64,000 nt of DNA from Amoebidium appalachense (Eukaryota; Protista; Ichthyosporea), in the NCBI GenBank assembly GCA_963693365.1, contig CAVNZM010000003.1, positions 11,319,651 through 11,383,650 on the forward strand, given 5' to 3'. Positions within the stretch are counted from its first letter, which is position 1. The number at the start of each line of letters is the position of its first letter. Below are positions 1 to 18,079 of the stretch, in pieces. The position numbers were made by a program, and so were the translations under genes. Under the pieces are notes generated by a model. That model had not been told where the DNA came from. It ran no database searches and saw only the letters and a list, made by a program, of their open reading frames with translations.

Positions 1-3992
<3,992 letters not shown>

Positions 3993-4859
3993 GTTGCCTG
4001 CGTGAGGGATGCTACGTAAGCCACTGCTATACACAAGTCTGCAGCTTGTTTTGCCAAATTACAAATACGAGCCTTAAAGGATTTATGGAAGCAATGAACA
4101 TAAAATCGATTGGATTATAAACGGACGACCAGCTTCACCGCCTCTATGGGGCAGCCTGCACAGAAAAGAGAGCAAGAATGCCTACAGTAGGACAAACCGG
4201 TGTAGCACATCTTATCTTGTTCCGTGATTGTGGCTAGTGTGGAGTGTATATAATACATCCTGGGTCAGAATTTAGAGGTCTAAGCACAAAGAATGTCCAA
4301 CATAGCCACACTCCTTGTGTGGTATAGGCATTCTTGTTCCAAGCAGGCTTCCTTCGCCCTGTAATTGGATTGGGCAATGCAATGGGTGTGCAAGTAACCA
4401 GAGCCCGTGGATTTACAGATTGTAATTGGATGATAACCCTGTTGAAGTTCGTGCGACCCGAAAAAATTTGTGAATGCACACAAGATTTAGAGCATAGCAA
4501 CGATGTGTGCCTCTACACACGCTAATCCTTTGCGTTCATGTGAACCGAAACCGAGCAAGGATCAGCAAACGATTGATGTATAGCAACGGTGCTTGCCTCA
4601 AATTCTGAGCATAAGTTTTAATGAAAAAACGTCTTGGTATGACCAAAGCATCACATACCGATTCCTTACAGTTCCTAAACACCTTGTTTCCTCCTTCCCT
4701 TTCACCCCGCCAACGAACGAGCAAGGCTTCACACAGCAAAAATGAAACACGGAAAACGGAAAACAAAATCTGGGCTGAACCGCCGGCCGGCGCCAGAAAA
4801 TAAAATTTCAAAAATACTCAAATTCTTTGCCAAATCATGCACGATTTGGGAATCTCTTA

Positions 4860-5127
4860 CCACATACCCTGTAATTTGAAGGTTTTGGCATGACGTTTTA
4901 GCTCCGCCTCCTTAGTTTTCTTTCGGTTCGGCTTACACAACTTCCGAAACCCGACCCGATTCGGGTCACAGGCCGCGCGCCTGAGTACCGAAGGGAGGGA
5001 GAAAACGAAAAAGCAAAGAGGGAGGGCGAATTAGAGCCAAAGTGTAGGGGTGTATCAAGTAAACCCGTGGTTCTCGCCGTGTGTGTGTGTCTGTAGACAG
5101 GCGTTTTTCCCGGGAACGGAAGCGAAG
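4860..5127. promoter_or_regulatory. Probable bidirectional promoter of PP2A and NDUFA5
   Basis: Head-to-head ATGs at 3992 (-) and 5128 (+). An acceptor directly precedes the PP2A ATG (cacgcag|gcaacATG) and minus-strand donor-like GTAAG/GTATGT lie near 4860, suggesting a 5'UTR intron and closely spaced TSSs. The region has no long microsatellites. Confidence 0.5.
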
Positions 5128-5613
5128 ATGTCGGCTGTTAAGACGGTAATTTGCTCATCCACACACACCCACTCGCGAGAGTTCGAGCTCCTTGCATGTT
5201 GAGAAGCCTCGAGTTCGGCGTTTAGAGAATTGATTGGGCACTAGGCTGACCTACACGTTTTCTCTACAAAGCTTTATAGTGAATGAGTGGGGACCTACGT
5301 ATTTTCTTTTGAAAATAGCCACACACGGTCAATTCCTTCACTTTATTCATCGTCATGTGTGCCATGCCGGTGGTTTACTGCCACAAAAACCATCACTTCT
5401 AATGCTTTGGATGTTGCAGGATTTTCGTCCTTAGATGGCGAGATACGTGCTCTCTTGGCAACGCAGAATCATTTTCACACACATAGGAACACGTGCGTAC
5501 ATAGATTTAACACAAACACGTTAACAAACCTGAACAGCATTCACACAAGTACACAGGTGACAAGCGTGGTGGCAGATAGAACACATTCAAAGACTCTAAG
5601 CACACACAAGCGC

Positions 5614-5690
<77 letters not shown>

Positions 5691-6138
5691 CTTCTACGCC
5701 ATATACATAGGGGGTTTACGCTGTTTACTCGAGGCATATACATATACATAGATTTACACTGACGGATAGGTACATGCACCATTGACGCAAAAACCTAACA
5801 TTCGTATTAGAGGTTGTATAGTCATGCATCATTTTACATTTCGGTAGCACCACACGTGCACAAACCTGTGTGCACGTTTACAGTGTGGGCACCCACACAT
5901 CCACACACCTGCACACACAGTCTACATACACATGCACATGCACAACACACTCAGACACACACGCAGACACAATACAACACATTCGCACTCACACACACAG
6001 GTGTTCGGTGGACGTGTGCGCGCACACACACCCGCACATGCGCGTGCGCACACACACATACAGACGCACACACAGACCCCTAACCACCAAGAATCAAAGC
6101 AGACTCCCCATTACCCTTCGGAGACACATGTCCACGCG

Positions 6139-6171
<33 letters not shown>

Positions 6172-6501
6172 GTGTGCTTACTTTATACACAACATATGAA
6201 AGATCTTTTGATCTTCCGTGTCATAATGTTGTGTGAATATTATAAATTTCATAGTTTTACATGACTGTTTCCTTCTAACATGTGCTTCCCCCTCCCCCCC
6301 CCCCCCCCCCACAGAGCACCGGCCTTGTGGGCCTCGCAGTTGAGCCCCGCGCCCGCGAGGTAACCCCCCCCCCCCCTCCCTCTCCCCCTCCCCTATTTCC
6401 TGCTCCTCCCCCCCCCCCCCATGTGCTCTTGTTTTTTGCATTACTTCTGCACTGTTGTTCGTCCTGGGTGTGTGCTTCGTGCTCCATAATGCATCCCCCC
6501 C

Positions 6502-6546
<45 letters not shown>

Positions 6547-6885
6547 CCCACCGGGGAAGGAGAAGGGGGGGGGGGGGGGGGGAGCGTGAGAGTTGTGAGA
6601 GAGGAGAGAGAGAGAGGGGGGTCCGGGGGCTGGGGGGGGGGGGGTAGAGAGCAAGAGGGAGGGAGGGAGGGGGAGGGGGGAGAGACAGGGAGGAAGGGAG
6701 GCAGGGAGAGAGAGAGAGGCCGAGAAATGGTATGATTTGTATTGTGTTGTCCCTGGTCAATGTGTACCTCGTGCTTCATAATCCCTCCCTCCCCCCTCCC
6801 CCCCAACAAAAAGAAAGAAAGAAAGAAAAGAAAGAAGAGAAAGAAGAAAGGGGAGGGGAGGGGGGCGAGGGAGATAGAGACAGGG

Positions 6886-6919
<34 letters not shown>

Positions 6920-9442
6920 GGGGAGAAAAAGAAGAAACGAAAAAAAAACGAAGAAAGAAGTCAAAAGAACGGTAAGAAGAAAAAACCGAGGAGGGAAGAA
7001 GTCAAAGAATGAAAAGGGCAAAGCAAGCATTCTTACCAATCACACTCGCACACACATACACTGATTCACTCACTCAACTCGCTCGCACTCAACTCGCTCG
7101 TTACCTCACAAGCACACACGTGCACATGCGCCCTTACACACGCACACACACACACACACGCACGCACAAGCACACACACGTGCGCGCATCCATACCCACG
7201 GGCACATACACACCGGCCTTCTCTATCTTCTCCCAAGAGATGTGTGCATTTTTTGCGGCGGTAGGGTGGGGGGGGAGGTTGCATTTTCATTTCTCTAACT
7301 CATCTCTGAGCAGCATCACTTTTCAGGCTCTTGCCCACAGTGCAGGGGTATGTGTCTGTATGCACACCATAAATGCGCACTGGCTTATCTGTTTTATCTG
7401 CGGATTCTGATTGGTTTGACCATGCACGTATGAGTGTGCGTGCACAGCATAAACACACATTGACTTATCCAATTAATGTCCAACTTCTGATGGGCTTGAC
7501 CATGCATATGTGGTTGCAGATCTGTAGCTTAAATGCACGTTGACTTATCTGTTTTATCCACAGAATCTATTCGGGCTGAACATCCACTTAAACGCACACT
7601 GACTGATCCATTTTAACCACAGATTCTGATTGGCCTGTACCAGACGACGCTAGCCGAGCTGAGCAAGCTCCCTGCGGAGGCGGGCTACCGAAAGCACACA
7701 GAGACCATCACTACGTACCGCCTGAATGTGGTGGAGAAGGTGTGTGTGTGTGGGGGGGGGGGGGGGGGGGGGTTGGATGGGTGTGAGTGCGGAGGAAGGG
7801 GGAGGAGGTGGGGGAATGGTGGGTAGGTGGGTTTTATGGGCGGGTGGGCGGGTGGGTGCGTGGGTGTGTACGTGTCGGTGGGAGGATGGGTGGGGGTTGT
7901 CTGTGTATGTGTGCGTGGGGCGAGTGGGGATGGGGGTGTGTGCATGCTTGTGTGTGTGTCTGAGAGCCTGCGTGCCTGCTTCCGTACGTGCGCTCTCGTC
8001 AGTTCACAGACCGCTGCAGCATGTTTGCCCAAAATGCACCAGTCTCTGCATGTGCAGGGGCGTGCACGCACACACACAACATACAAAATACAACACACTG
8101 ATTGGGCGCACACGCACACAACACACACCACACAACACACAAACGGGCACGCGCGCGCACACACACACACACACAGAGGGGGGGGGGGGAGGGAGGGAGG
8201 GAGGGGGAGAGAGAGAGAGAGATAAGAGAGAGAGACCACACAGACCCACGTGCACATGCACAAAGGGAACCTCGCATGCACAGTTGCACGTACCTCTGAG
8301 CATAGTTTGTATGCAGTGTTTTGACATCGTGTGTGCACTCATTTCTTCTTCCTTGGCTTACCTGTTCATCGTTTGTGTTGTTAAAACAACTCTCCTATCT
8401 GTTCTCTCCTTTATGGTCCAATTTGGGTTTGCAGCCTCTCCTTTACGTTTGTGCACCCGACATGACATTGAGACGCTACACAGGTGATTGTGTTGCTGAT
8501 CTTCATGCACATCCAAACCTACAAAACTAACAAAAAAAAAGGCACACACACACACACACACACACCTACACGCACGCACACACACGTACACGCACGCACA
8601 CACACACACGTACACGCACACGTACACGTACACACACACACAGAACGAGCAAATACCGAAGATCGAGCAGACCATTGACTGCGGCTGTGCCGAGGAGCTG
8701 ATCGCTCAGGCAAAGCGCGAGCTCGGTTTGATCGAGAAGGTATTAAAAACATGTGAAATTTTTTTATCTTTTATTCATTTCTTTATTTATTTTGTTTACT
8801 TTTTCTTTTTTCATTGTTATTTTGAATGGGTGGGTAGGTGATCTTGGTGGTGGTGGTGTGTGTGTGTGTGTGTGTGTTGTGGTAGTGGTGGTGGCGGGGG
8901 GGGGGGGGGGGGGGGGGGGGGAGGGGGGGGGGGGGGGGAGGGGATGGTTTCGTGCAGGGGGGGCGGGCGGTGGGTAAGGGGCCGGGCGTGCGTGCGTGTG
9001 TGGTGTGTGTCTTTGTGTGCAGTGTGGTACGTGGTATGTGTGTCTGGGGTTGGATGCGCACAAGCCTATCTGGGGTGCAACGGTTGTGTGTGGGGTTCGG
9101 TTTGGGTATTTTCGATGCCTTTTAGCCCCCTGAAAATTGGGATTATCTGTGTTTTTTTTTATGTGTGTGTGTGTACATTACACCACGTTTCTATAGCAAT
9201 GTACACCGTGTATAGATGTGCTTCGCGTGGCGCTGTGGAAGAGCCCATTACTTCATATCTTGCACACACACGAACACTAACAGACACAGACACACACACA
9301 CACAAAAAAAAACGCACATACACGTGTTCACATGCGCGCTTGCACATTCACACACACACACTCACCCATACTCACGTGCATTCACACACCCACGGACACA
9401 CTTATTGACACAGGCACACGCGCGCACACGTTCATACACACG

Positions 9443-9479
<37 letters not shown>

Positions 9480-9549
9480 CAAGGAGTGGAAGATCTGGGA
9501 GCCACTCGTGCAGCAGGCGCCCGCCAAGCAGTGGCAGTGGCCGATGTGA
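5128..9549 (+). CDS. NDUFA5: NADH:ubiquinone oxidoreductase subunit A5 (B13)
   Basis: Exons 5128-5145, 6315-6359, 7623-7739, 8644-8739 and 9478-9549 (GT-AG, phase 0). Protein [115 protein letters not shown] matches the TGLVGL..YR..TE..EE.I.QA..E..W.WE family signature. Confidence 0.95.
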
Positions 9550-10384
9550 ACGGACCAAAAAGCACTGTGTGCACACGCAGGAAATAAATGGGCTGGGTGA
9601 TGGTGTGGTTAAAAATCTATGTGTGTGTGTGCAACATTCCCGGACTTTGGCCATTATTTCAATGGGTTCAATTCTGCAATACAACAAAAAAAGTAGGAAT
9701 ATGGTCGGGGGAAAGACACCTGGACTAATGTTTGTGTGCTGTCGTCACTTTTGCCTACAGATTTTTGAATGTGTTGTGTGTGGAAGTGTGTCCACCTTTG
9801 AAGGTATTTGAGTGTGCACTCACACACACACACGTGCATACACTATGTAAACCTGTGCGCAGTGGATGCTTTTGTCGACACACACCTAGCCGACACATAC
9901 ACACACACAAGCGCGCCACACACATGCACAACACGTGTTTGTCACAAACACACTACACCCTTTAATAAGCACCGTGTGTTTGTGTGTGTGTTTAGGGGGC
10001 GCACGTAGTGGCCCTTAAGTTGGGCAACAGTTTGTGTCCAGCGAAATCCGATATCTGGCTCCATTGGGCTCGGTACACTCTAGCTATCTGGGGAGAGGGT
10101 TTCGCTTGTGTCAAGAGAAGAGTGAGAGATCTAGAGGCTACGAGAGAGGGAGAGGGAGAGAGATCTAGAGAGGGAGAATTCGAAAGAAGGGAGAGCTCAC
10201 GAGACATCTAGACAGAGAAAGGGAGCCTCGGACAAGGTGGGAGATTTTTTTGGGGGGGGGGAGAGAGTACTAGTCTTAGAGAGAGCGAGCTGCGAGAGAC
10301 GCGTACGGGGGTGGGGTGTGGGGAGAGAGAGACACATGGTAGTAGGAGGGGGGAGGGGGGAGGGGGGGGGGTCCGGAGGGATTC

Positions 10385-10431
<47 letters not shown>

Positions 10432-11480
10432 AGAGAAAGAGAGCGAAAGAGATGCGGAGGGGAAGGGATGCACCGATAAGCAGGCACTTGCAACGCCTGC
10501 ACCGTATGGCTCAGGTTCAATTGAACCAATCACGAGCACGTGCACGTGATTCGTCACGTGGCTAAAATTTAAAACCATGATCAATCGGGTCGGGCCGGTA
10601 CATGTGTCCTCTGTGGGGCTATGGCGCCGGCCAGGCAGCAGGAACATTTCCATTTTTGTCGCGACCGCAAAATCTTCCCATTTCCGAATAGTGAAGGTTA
10701 TTACACTATAAAACAGTCAAGTTTAAAGAAAACAAAGAAAGAAAAAAAAAGAAAAAAAAAAAGAAAACCCTATCTAACGTTAACACACCATGTGGCCACA
10801 CAATTTCACAGCTCATGATCAACACTCTAACGGGACTATTAACCATAGTACTAATATTCGTCAAGTATATGAACCTAATATTTCAGTATTTGGGATCCAA
10901 CAATTGGAACATATCGTACATCGGCCATTGCAGCATGTGTGTGCGCGTACTAGTGAACACAAGCGACAAACGGGGGCACGTTTTGTTTAAACATGATAAG
11001 CTAGAATAGTTAACGACAAAAAAAAAAAAAAAAAAAAATTCACAGCGTGTCATGTCATATGCTCAAAAGAATTGCAATATTACTACTTTTTTTATAGTTA
11101 TGTGGCATGCACCAACAAACAAATGCTTGCACTATATGAATGCGTGACCTGCCGGAAATTTTCTTTGCGTTTCGACAGTCATTCGTCCTAAAAAGAATTA
11201 TCTTTCTCCATTCCTACCTTCTTCCAACCGAGACATTTCAACTTTCCCACTTGACTCAGCGTATTTCAACCTATTACTATACCATGACGCATGCATATCT
11301 TTAGGTATCCGATCCATCTACCTGCCAAACACCTGCGGATTTAACGTGTGTTTGTTTGATAACAGCACAACCAAATGTGACAAAGAAAAACCACACACTA
11401 CTAGGGTAACTACTTTAGCCCCAATACCAGCAATACAACGTGTTAGTTAGACAATTATCCCCCCCCCCCCACCCCACCCA

Positions 11481-11525
<45 letters not shown>

Positions 11526-11543
11526 ACCACCACCATCACCATC

Positions 11544-11596
<53 letters not shown>

Positions 11597-11669
11597 CTCT
11601 CTCTCTCCTCCCTCCCTCCCCCCCCCCCTCTCTCTGCCTCTCTTCCCCCCCCCCCCCTCCTCTCTCTCT

Positions 11670-11753
<84 letters not shown>

Positions 11754-11778
11754 ACTCACTCTCTCTCTCTCTCACTCA

Positions 11779-11860
<82 letters not shown>

Positions 11861-12035
11861 ATGTCTCCCCCCCATCCATCCCCTCTTCATTCATCTTTCT
11901 CTCTTCCCCTCGCACCACCGTAAATCATAAAACCAAAAAGGGGAGAAAAGAACATATACAGGGGCAATGTCGCCCTTTCTCTCAATGTGCACACAGTGAA
12001 GCACAGCATATGCCATGCAAATAGTACTTTCCCGC

Positions 12036-12097
12036 TCAGGCCTTCCTTGCCATCGGTGAACCTTTGGGACTAGGTGCCGCCCAATTACTAAGCCCGG

Positions 12098-12161
<64 letters not shown>

Positions 12162-12831
12162 TGTTGTGTGTGTGTGTGTATGTGTGTGTGTGTGTGTGTT
12201 CGTGTGTGTGTGTGTGTGTGCATATGTTGTACAGTACCAAATTAGACACAAGTGCCACAATACAAAACGATATGCGGATTCAATCATGCTCTGCGGGGTT
12301 AGAAACACAGCAAGCATTTGGAGTAAAGTCCCCCTATCGAGTCTATTGGCAGGAGGGAGCAATGCTCGTGCAGGGGAGAGAGGGTTGGGGGTGGGGCGGC
12401 GGCGGGGGGAGGGGGGGGGGGGGGGGGGGGAGGGGATTTCAAGCGGAACATTTCATATTCGCACGAAGCCCCAAAGAACCGACCGCATTATTCCATTTCC
12501 TTCCAACATCTGTTTTTTTACAAATTGTCATCCCCCCCCCCCCCCCCCCCCCCCCCCCACCCGCCCCTCACCCCTCTCTTCTCTCCCAGCCCCAACCCCC
12601 TCCTACCTCCCTCCACCGGCCCCCCGCCTCCCCTCCCCCTCCCCCCCTCCCCCCCCCCCCCCTGCCCGGTGACACAAACACACACACACCCGAAAAAAAA
12701 AGAAAAAAAAACTCCATTCTCTCTTCATGACCCCTCCCCGTCATTCCCCGTACGAAGGTTCTGTGTGCACATGCACCAAAGCACCAAAATGCAACCCCCC
12801 CCCCCCCCCCCCCAAAAAAAAAAAAAAAAAA

Positions 12832-12877
<46 letters not shown>

Positions 12878-13105
12878 AAAAGAAAGAATTCTTAGGGGGT
12901 GGAGGGGGGGGGGGAAAGGTGGAAGAGGAGGACGGAGGGACCAGTAAAGAAAAAAAAAGGAGAGGAAGAAGAGAGGGAATTGAGCAATGAGCAAAGAAAA
13001 AGAAAAGGACGTTAAAACAAGCACCCAGACCCACCTTCTCAAATATTCCTATAGCCTCCGTGTTACCCCTCTGCACTGCAAGCTGGGCAGCAGACTGTCC
13101 AAACT

Positions 13106-13153
<48 letters not shown>

Positions 13154-13297
13154 CGGATTAGGGATTTAGTTTAACACACTTAAATACTAATTTTTTTTTT
13201 TTTCCGTGTGTGTGTGTGCAGGGGTTAAGATGGAGGTAGGGGTGGTCGTCCGGGGGAAGGGGGTGTTGAGGTGGAAGGTGGGGTGTGTGTGTGTGTG

Positions 13298-13331
<34 letters not shown>

Positions 13332-13568
13332 GATGTGACCGGCACGGGCAAGTACGTATGAAAGCAGGCAGGTATATGTGTCGTGCATAAGGTCTTTCTC
13401 CTTTCGCTTTTGGCATTTGGTTTCATACCTAACCTGGAACCCCTCCCCCCCCCCCCCCACCTGCAAAGACATCACTCACTCACCGGTCAGTGTCTGGTGG
13501 GTGTGGTGGGGTGGGATGGGGTGTGTGGGGGTGCGCGTGCACATGCGTACGTGTGTGTATGCCAGTAG

Positions 13569-13637
<69 letters not shown>

Positions 13638-13715
13638 CGTGGGTGTATGCGTTCTTGCGTGTGTGTCTGTGCGCGCGTGGTGGTGGAGGTGTGTGAACAA
13701 GGTGGTGGTGATGGT

Positions 13716-13746
<31 letters not shown>

Positions 13747-14077
13747 ACGCTGTTTCTTAGTGCCGAGTCTGCGCCTGCAGCCAACAAAGGAACAATGCAT
13801 CCGCTTTGGTTGTGGCACACTGCATCATGAAGGGGTGTGTTGCCAAGCTGGGGAAAAAAAAGGGGGGGGAGGGGGGGATATGAAAGCGAGCAACAAACAA
13901 AGGAAAATAAACATGTGGGGGGTGGGGGAGGGGGAGGGGGGATGGGGAGGGGAAGAGAGAGATTCCGCCGTCTTTATGCCCTGCTCTGCGTTTTGCTACT
14001 ATCTGTTACTATCTTCACCATGATAGGTCTATTCCTTTAACTCCTACAGAGTAACACCCGACTTTGAGTGGCTTACT

Positions 14078-14123
<46 letters not shown>

Positions 14124-15598
14124 CTCCCCCCCAAAAACCCTCTCCTCCTCCGACCGGGGATTTTTTCTGTCGTTGCAGTGACAATACCCCTCCTTCTTCT
14201 ATTTACAATTGCAACTTCCTTCCCACGCTCTTCCCAACAAAGTTTTCCCCTTGCCTACCCCCCCCAAACACACACTATCCATGATGAAGATTACTGAACC
14301 ATTATACTTCAATATATTTTTAGGATTAATCATTTCATCGGAAGAGTTCCTTGATTAAAACCTCGGATAGTATGATGAAGAGATGTTATTAAAGAAGAAA
14401 AAGTAAGGATTCTTTTTATTGTATTATAAGCTATGGTTCGAACGCACACACCTCCACCCCCTCACTCCCCTCACCCCCCCTCTCCCCCCTCCCCCCTCCC
14501 CCATTCTCTCCATCCCTTCTCCGATTTTCGTCAATGCCTGCCTTCCCACTCCAGGCAGAGTAGACGGTCATCACTAACTTGCGACATTCATGGTGTTCCG
14601 GCTTTCAGTCCAGCTCCCAAATCCCAAAGAACCACTTGGTCATTACGATAGCGAGAACATGGGTATAATCCACACAGAAGGTTTTTTCCCACTTACCAAA
14701 TCTTTGAGGTTTATGTCTGTGTCGTATGCTGGGTCCAGGAGCAAAGTAACAAGCTCCCTGTTGCCAGACTTAACAGCCTCATGGAGTGCTGTTGTTCCCT
14801 CCTGCACCAAGGGAGAGGCAATAATCAGCAAAGGAAATCAATGTAAACGTGGCTGGCGGTGGGAGTGGTGGCGGTGGCGCGGCGGGGCGGGGGAGGATGG
14901 GGGTTGGGGGGGAGGGGGAGGAGGAGTTCCAGGGGGGGGGGGGGGGGGGGGGAGGGGAAGGGAGAGGGGTGGGGGGGGGGGGGGGGAGGAGGGGGGAGGG
15001 GGGAGGGGGGAGGGGGGAGGGGGGGAGAGAGACTCGGCGAGGTGGCTATAGCTTTCATGGCAGGCAGCGCTTACGGGAGGCTAGCAAAGAGATTAGTTAG
15101 CGTGCAGAATTAAACACACCATTATTGTTCATAGCAACAAGTAAATATAGCACACTACGTATGACTTTGTCTCTCCCACACTCATTTGCAGTCATGAATA
15201 CAACAGGCAGGACAAAAGAACGGGGAGCTTACTGTGTGGTATCCCTCTGGACAAAGTTTCCTTACAGAAGCAACGGTCGGCCAGAAGTGGACATTGGAAA
15301 AAGCGAGGGGGGTGGAGGGGGGGGGGATGACGTGTGTGGGGGGAGGGCGGGAGGGGGGAGAGGGGGGAGAAGGAGGGAGGGAGGAGGGGGGGGGTCAGGA
15401 TGGATGTAGTTGTCCGACGGTAACGATGGTTGCGGAAAGGTATTGGGATAAAAGAGGGGCTGAACACTGTTTTTCCTAGCAAACATGCCAATGACTTACC
15501 ACTTTAGCGTTCGGATCTGCCCCCTGTTCAAGCAACGCACGAACTGCGGTTGCACTGCCTTGCCTCACCGCATCTATCAACTTCCCTTGGTCAGTCAT
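12036..15598 (-). CDS. Small ankyrin-repeat protein (~144 aa)
   Basis: Exons 15598-15500, 14801-14697, 13847-13749, 13103-13035 and 12098-12036 (phase 0). ANK motifs: [60 protein letters not shown]. Roughly one repeat per exon. Confidence 0.9.
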
Positions 15599-16359
15599 CT
15601 TTTTTGACTACAGTAGGTGCGCGTTGCCGGCCCCCGTGCTATAAAATGAAGTTGTGCTTTTTGTCCTGGTAGCAATCAGAATGATAGTATATTACCCATG
15701 TACACTACCCACAGCTCTAGGGCACAAAGGAAAACTCTCGGTGTACTTCTCGTTTTGCTCCGACACCCGTGGCCGAAGCCCAAAAAAAGCGCCTGAGCCG
15801 GGCAGACTAACTATGACGTCATTATGTGGGCCATCACCAATCAGATTTGGACTCAGCCGGGTGAGCTGCTGAGCTTCGGGATAGACTATCAAGAAACTGA
15901 GCATGATTTGTGTCGGCCGGGTCCCTCCGCGTGTGCCCGAGCCGAGGCTCTGTGGGTGGAACTAATTCGGAACTCGGAATCGGATCGGAAACGGTGTAGA
16001 ATTCGAATCGGATTGAGTACCGAATTCCGAACATCATCCGATTCGGCCGGCTCAGAGCGCGTGGCCTTTTCTCTCACGATATTTTTGCTTTTTTATCGCG
16101 CTGTGTCAGTCACTGGATAAGATGGGTTCCCCTCAGGCTGGGTTGTTAGAACTTACTCGTTGCCGGGGCTTGCTGCGCTCGCCCCGGCGTTCGCACTGCG
16201 GGGCTTGCTTCGCTCGCCCCGCCCTGGATCTTACTGCTGACGTCACCGAATCTTCTGGGGCCGCGGAAATTGATTCGGAATCGTGTCGGAATGATAAGTT
16301 ATTGTGAATCGGATCGGATTCGTTCGGTCTAGGATTCGGAATCGAATCGGAATCGGTTA

Positions 16360-18028
16360 GGGCCTGTTTGGCAACGCGGGTTAGTGTAATCTGGATTTCG
16401 GGGGATATCTGGATATCAAAATCGAGATCCAGATTATGCTGCAGAATCCGGATCTCAGCCGAAACCTGGGTTAAGCCGGGTAGATAACCCATGGATGCCA
16501 AACAGCCCACGTACGATTTCGGGTTAGATTTGCTCTGCAGCTGTCACGCTGTTCATCACCGGTCGGTGACTTGCAATTGCAGACCCGCTACACATATACA
16601 CCATAGTGATAAGCAGTAATAAACCACGAAAGTGCTGAGTTGTATACTGTGTGTTTGCAGCATTTGTCTGTGCTTGTTAAACAACAATGCTCCGAATGGG
16701 TTGTGTTCCACTGTCCAGGGTGCACGTGCGCGTGCACTGTCTCAAGGTTTTGCTGTTGTTTTCAATGAAGCTTATATGTAGGAATGTGGAAAATAATCAG
16801 ACATCATTGTGTGCTGCAGGCGTTTTCGAGAAGGCATCGATGCCACGCTTGCTGCTCTCGGGGAAGAATACATGAAAAGAAAAAAACTGCACACACACAC
16901 ACCTTTCTGCACATGATGTTGCAAAGGTCATTCTGAGTACTTTTGTATTCCTACTAATGCTGCACCAGGCGGCGAGGCCGAACACTAAAACAATGATTTC
17001 AAACGGTGATCACTACATCATACTCACTTCTACACGTAAAAGATGTTTCTTGCACTATCCCCCCGCCCACACCATAACAAAAAAAAGAAAGAAAAAAAAA
17101 GAAGAAAAAAAAAGAAATTATAGGGCCTCAATATATCCACGAGCCTGCTCAGCCACTTTCGAGTTCCGAAACGCCAACCGCCTATTTGGCTCCATCACAC
17201 ACATCACTCGAGCATACTTTTCTTCAGAAAGAATGTTAGCAAACAAGCCATAGTCATCATCACATATCTCGTACGTCTTTTCTATCTCATTCAACAACTT
17301 AATGGCTTTTGTGCATACATGCTCGGCCTCAGCGGCTGCAGGAGTGGGCAAAACATTGATCACAGGGGCAGGGGCGTTGGCAAAAGCAGCAGCCAACTCC
17401 CCCAAGACGCTGACAACGGTGGGCTTCTTCAGGGGGGTTCTTTTGGGGGGGGGGGGCTTGGGTGTGGTGGGAGGGGCACGCTTCACACCCGCAGTTTTAG
17501 CAGTTTTATCTCCTTCAACCCCCACACCGGACTCCTCCTCCGTTTCACTTTCTTCGTTATTACTTTCTTCCCCCTCACCCCCTTCAACATGCTCAGCTGC
17601 ATCCTCCCCCTCCTCCTCCATCCCTTGCTCCCCATCGTTCTCCCCTCGTAAATTGGCCCGGGCTTGTTTCATAGCGTCCTCCTTAGTCAAAAAATCCTTT
17701 CCGCAAAATACCTTCTCGCCCAACGCCGCATCTAAGGCATTGTACAAGGGCCAAGGTCTCTTGGTCTTGCACAGATCCCTGACCCACTTGAAATGTTTGT
17801 TTTTCGAACTCTGTGCAAAAAAAAAATAAAAAGGAAAGAAAAAAAAAGAGAAAGAAATGTAGAAAACATGATTAGAAACAAAAAGGTGAGTGAGGCCAGG
17901 GGGAGACAGAAAAAAGGGCTGAAAACAGTGGGGGTATATGGGACTAGTGAAGCCGCTGTAGCATTGGTTTTACATGGTGGTGGCGTAGAAGGGAGAAATC
18001 ACAATGAGAGAAGAAGGGGAGGGGGGGG

Positions 18029-18079
<51 letters not shown>

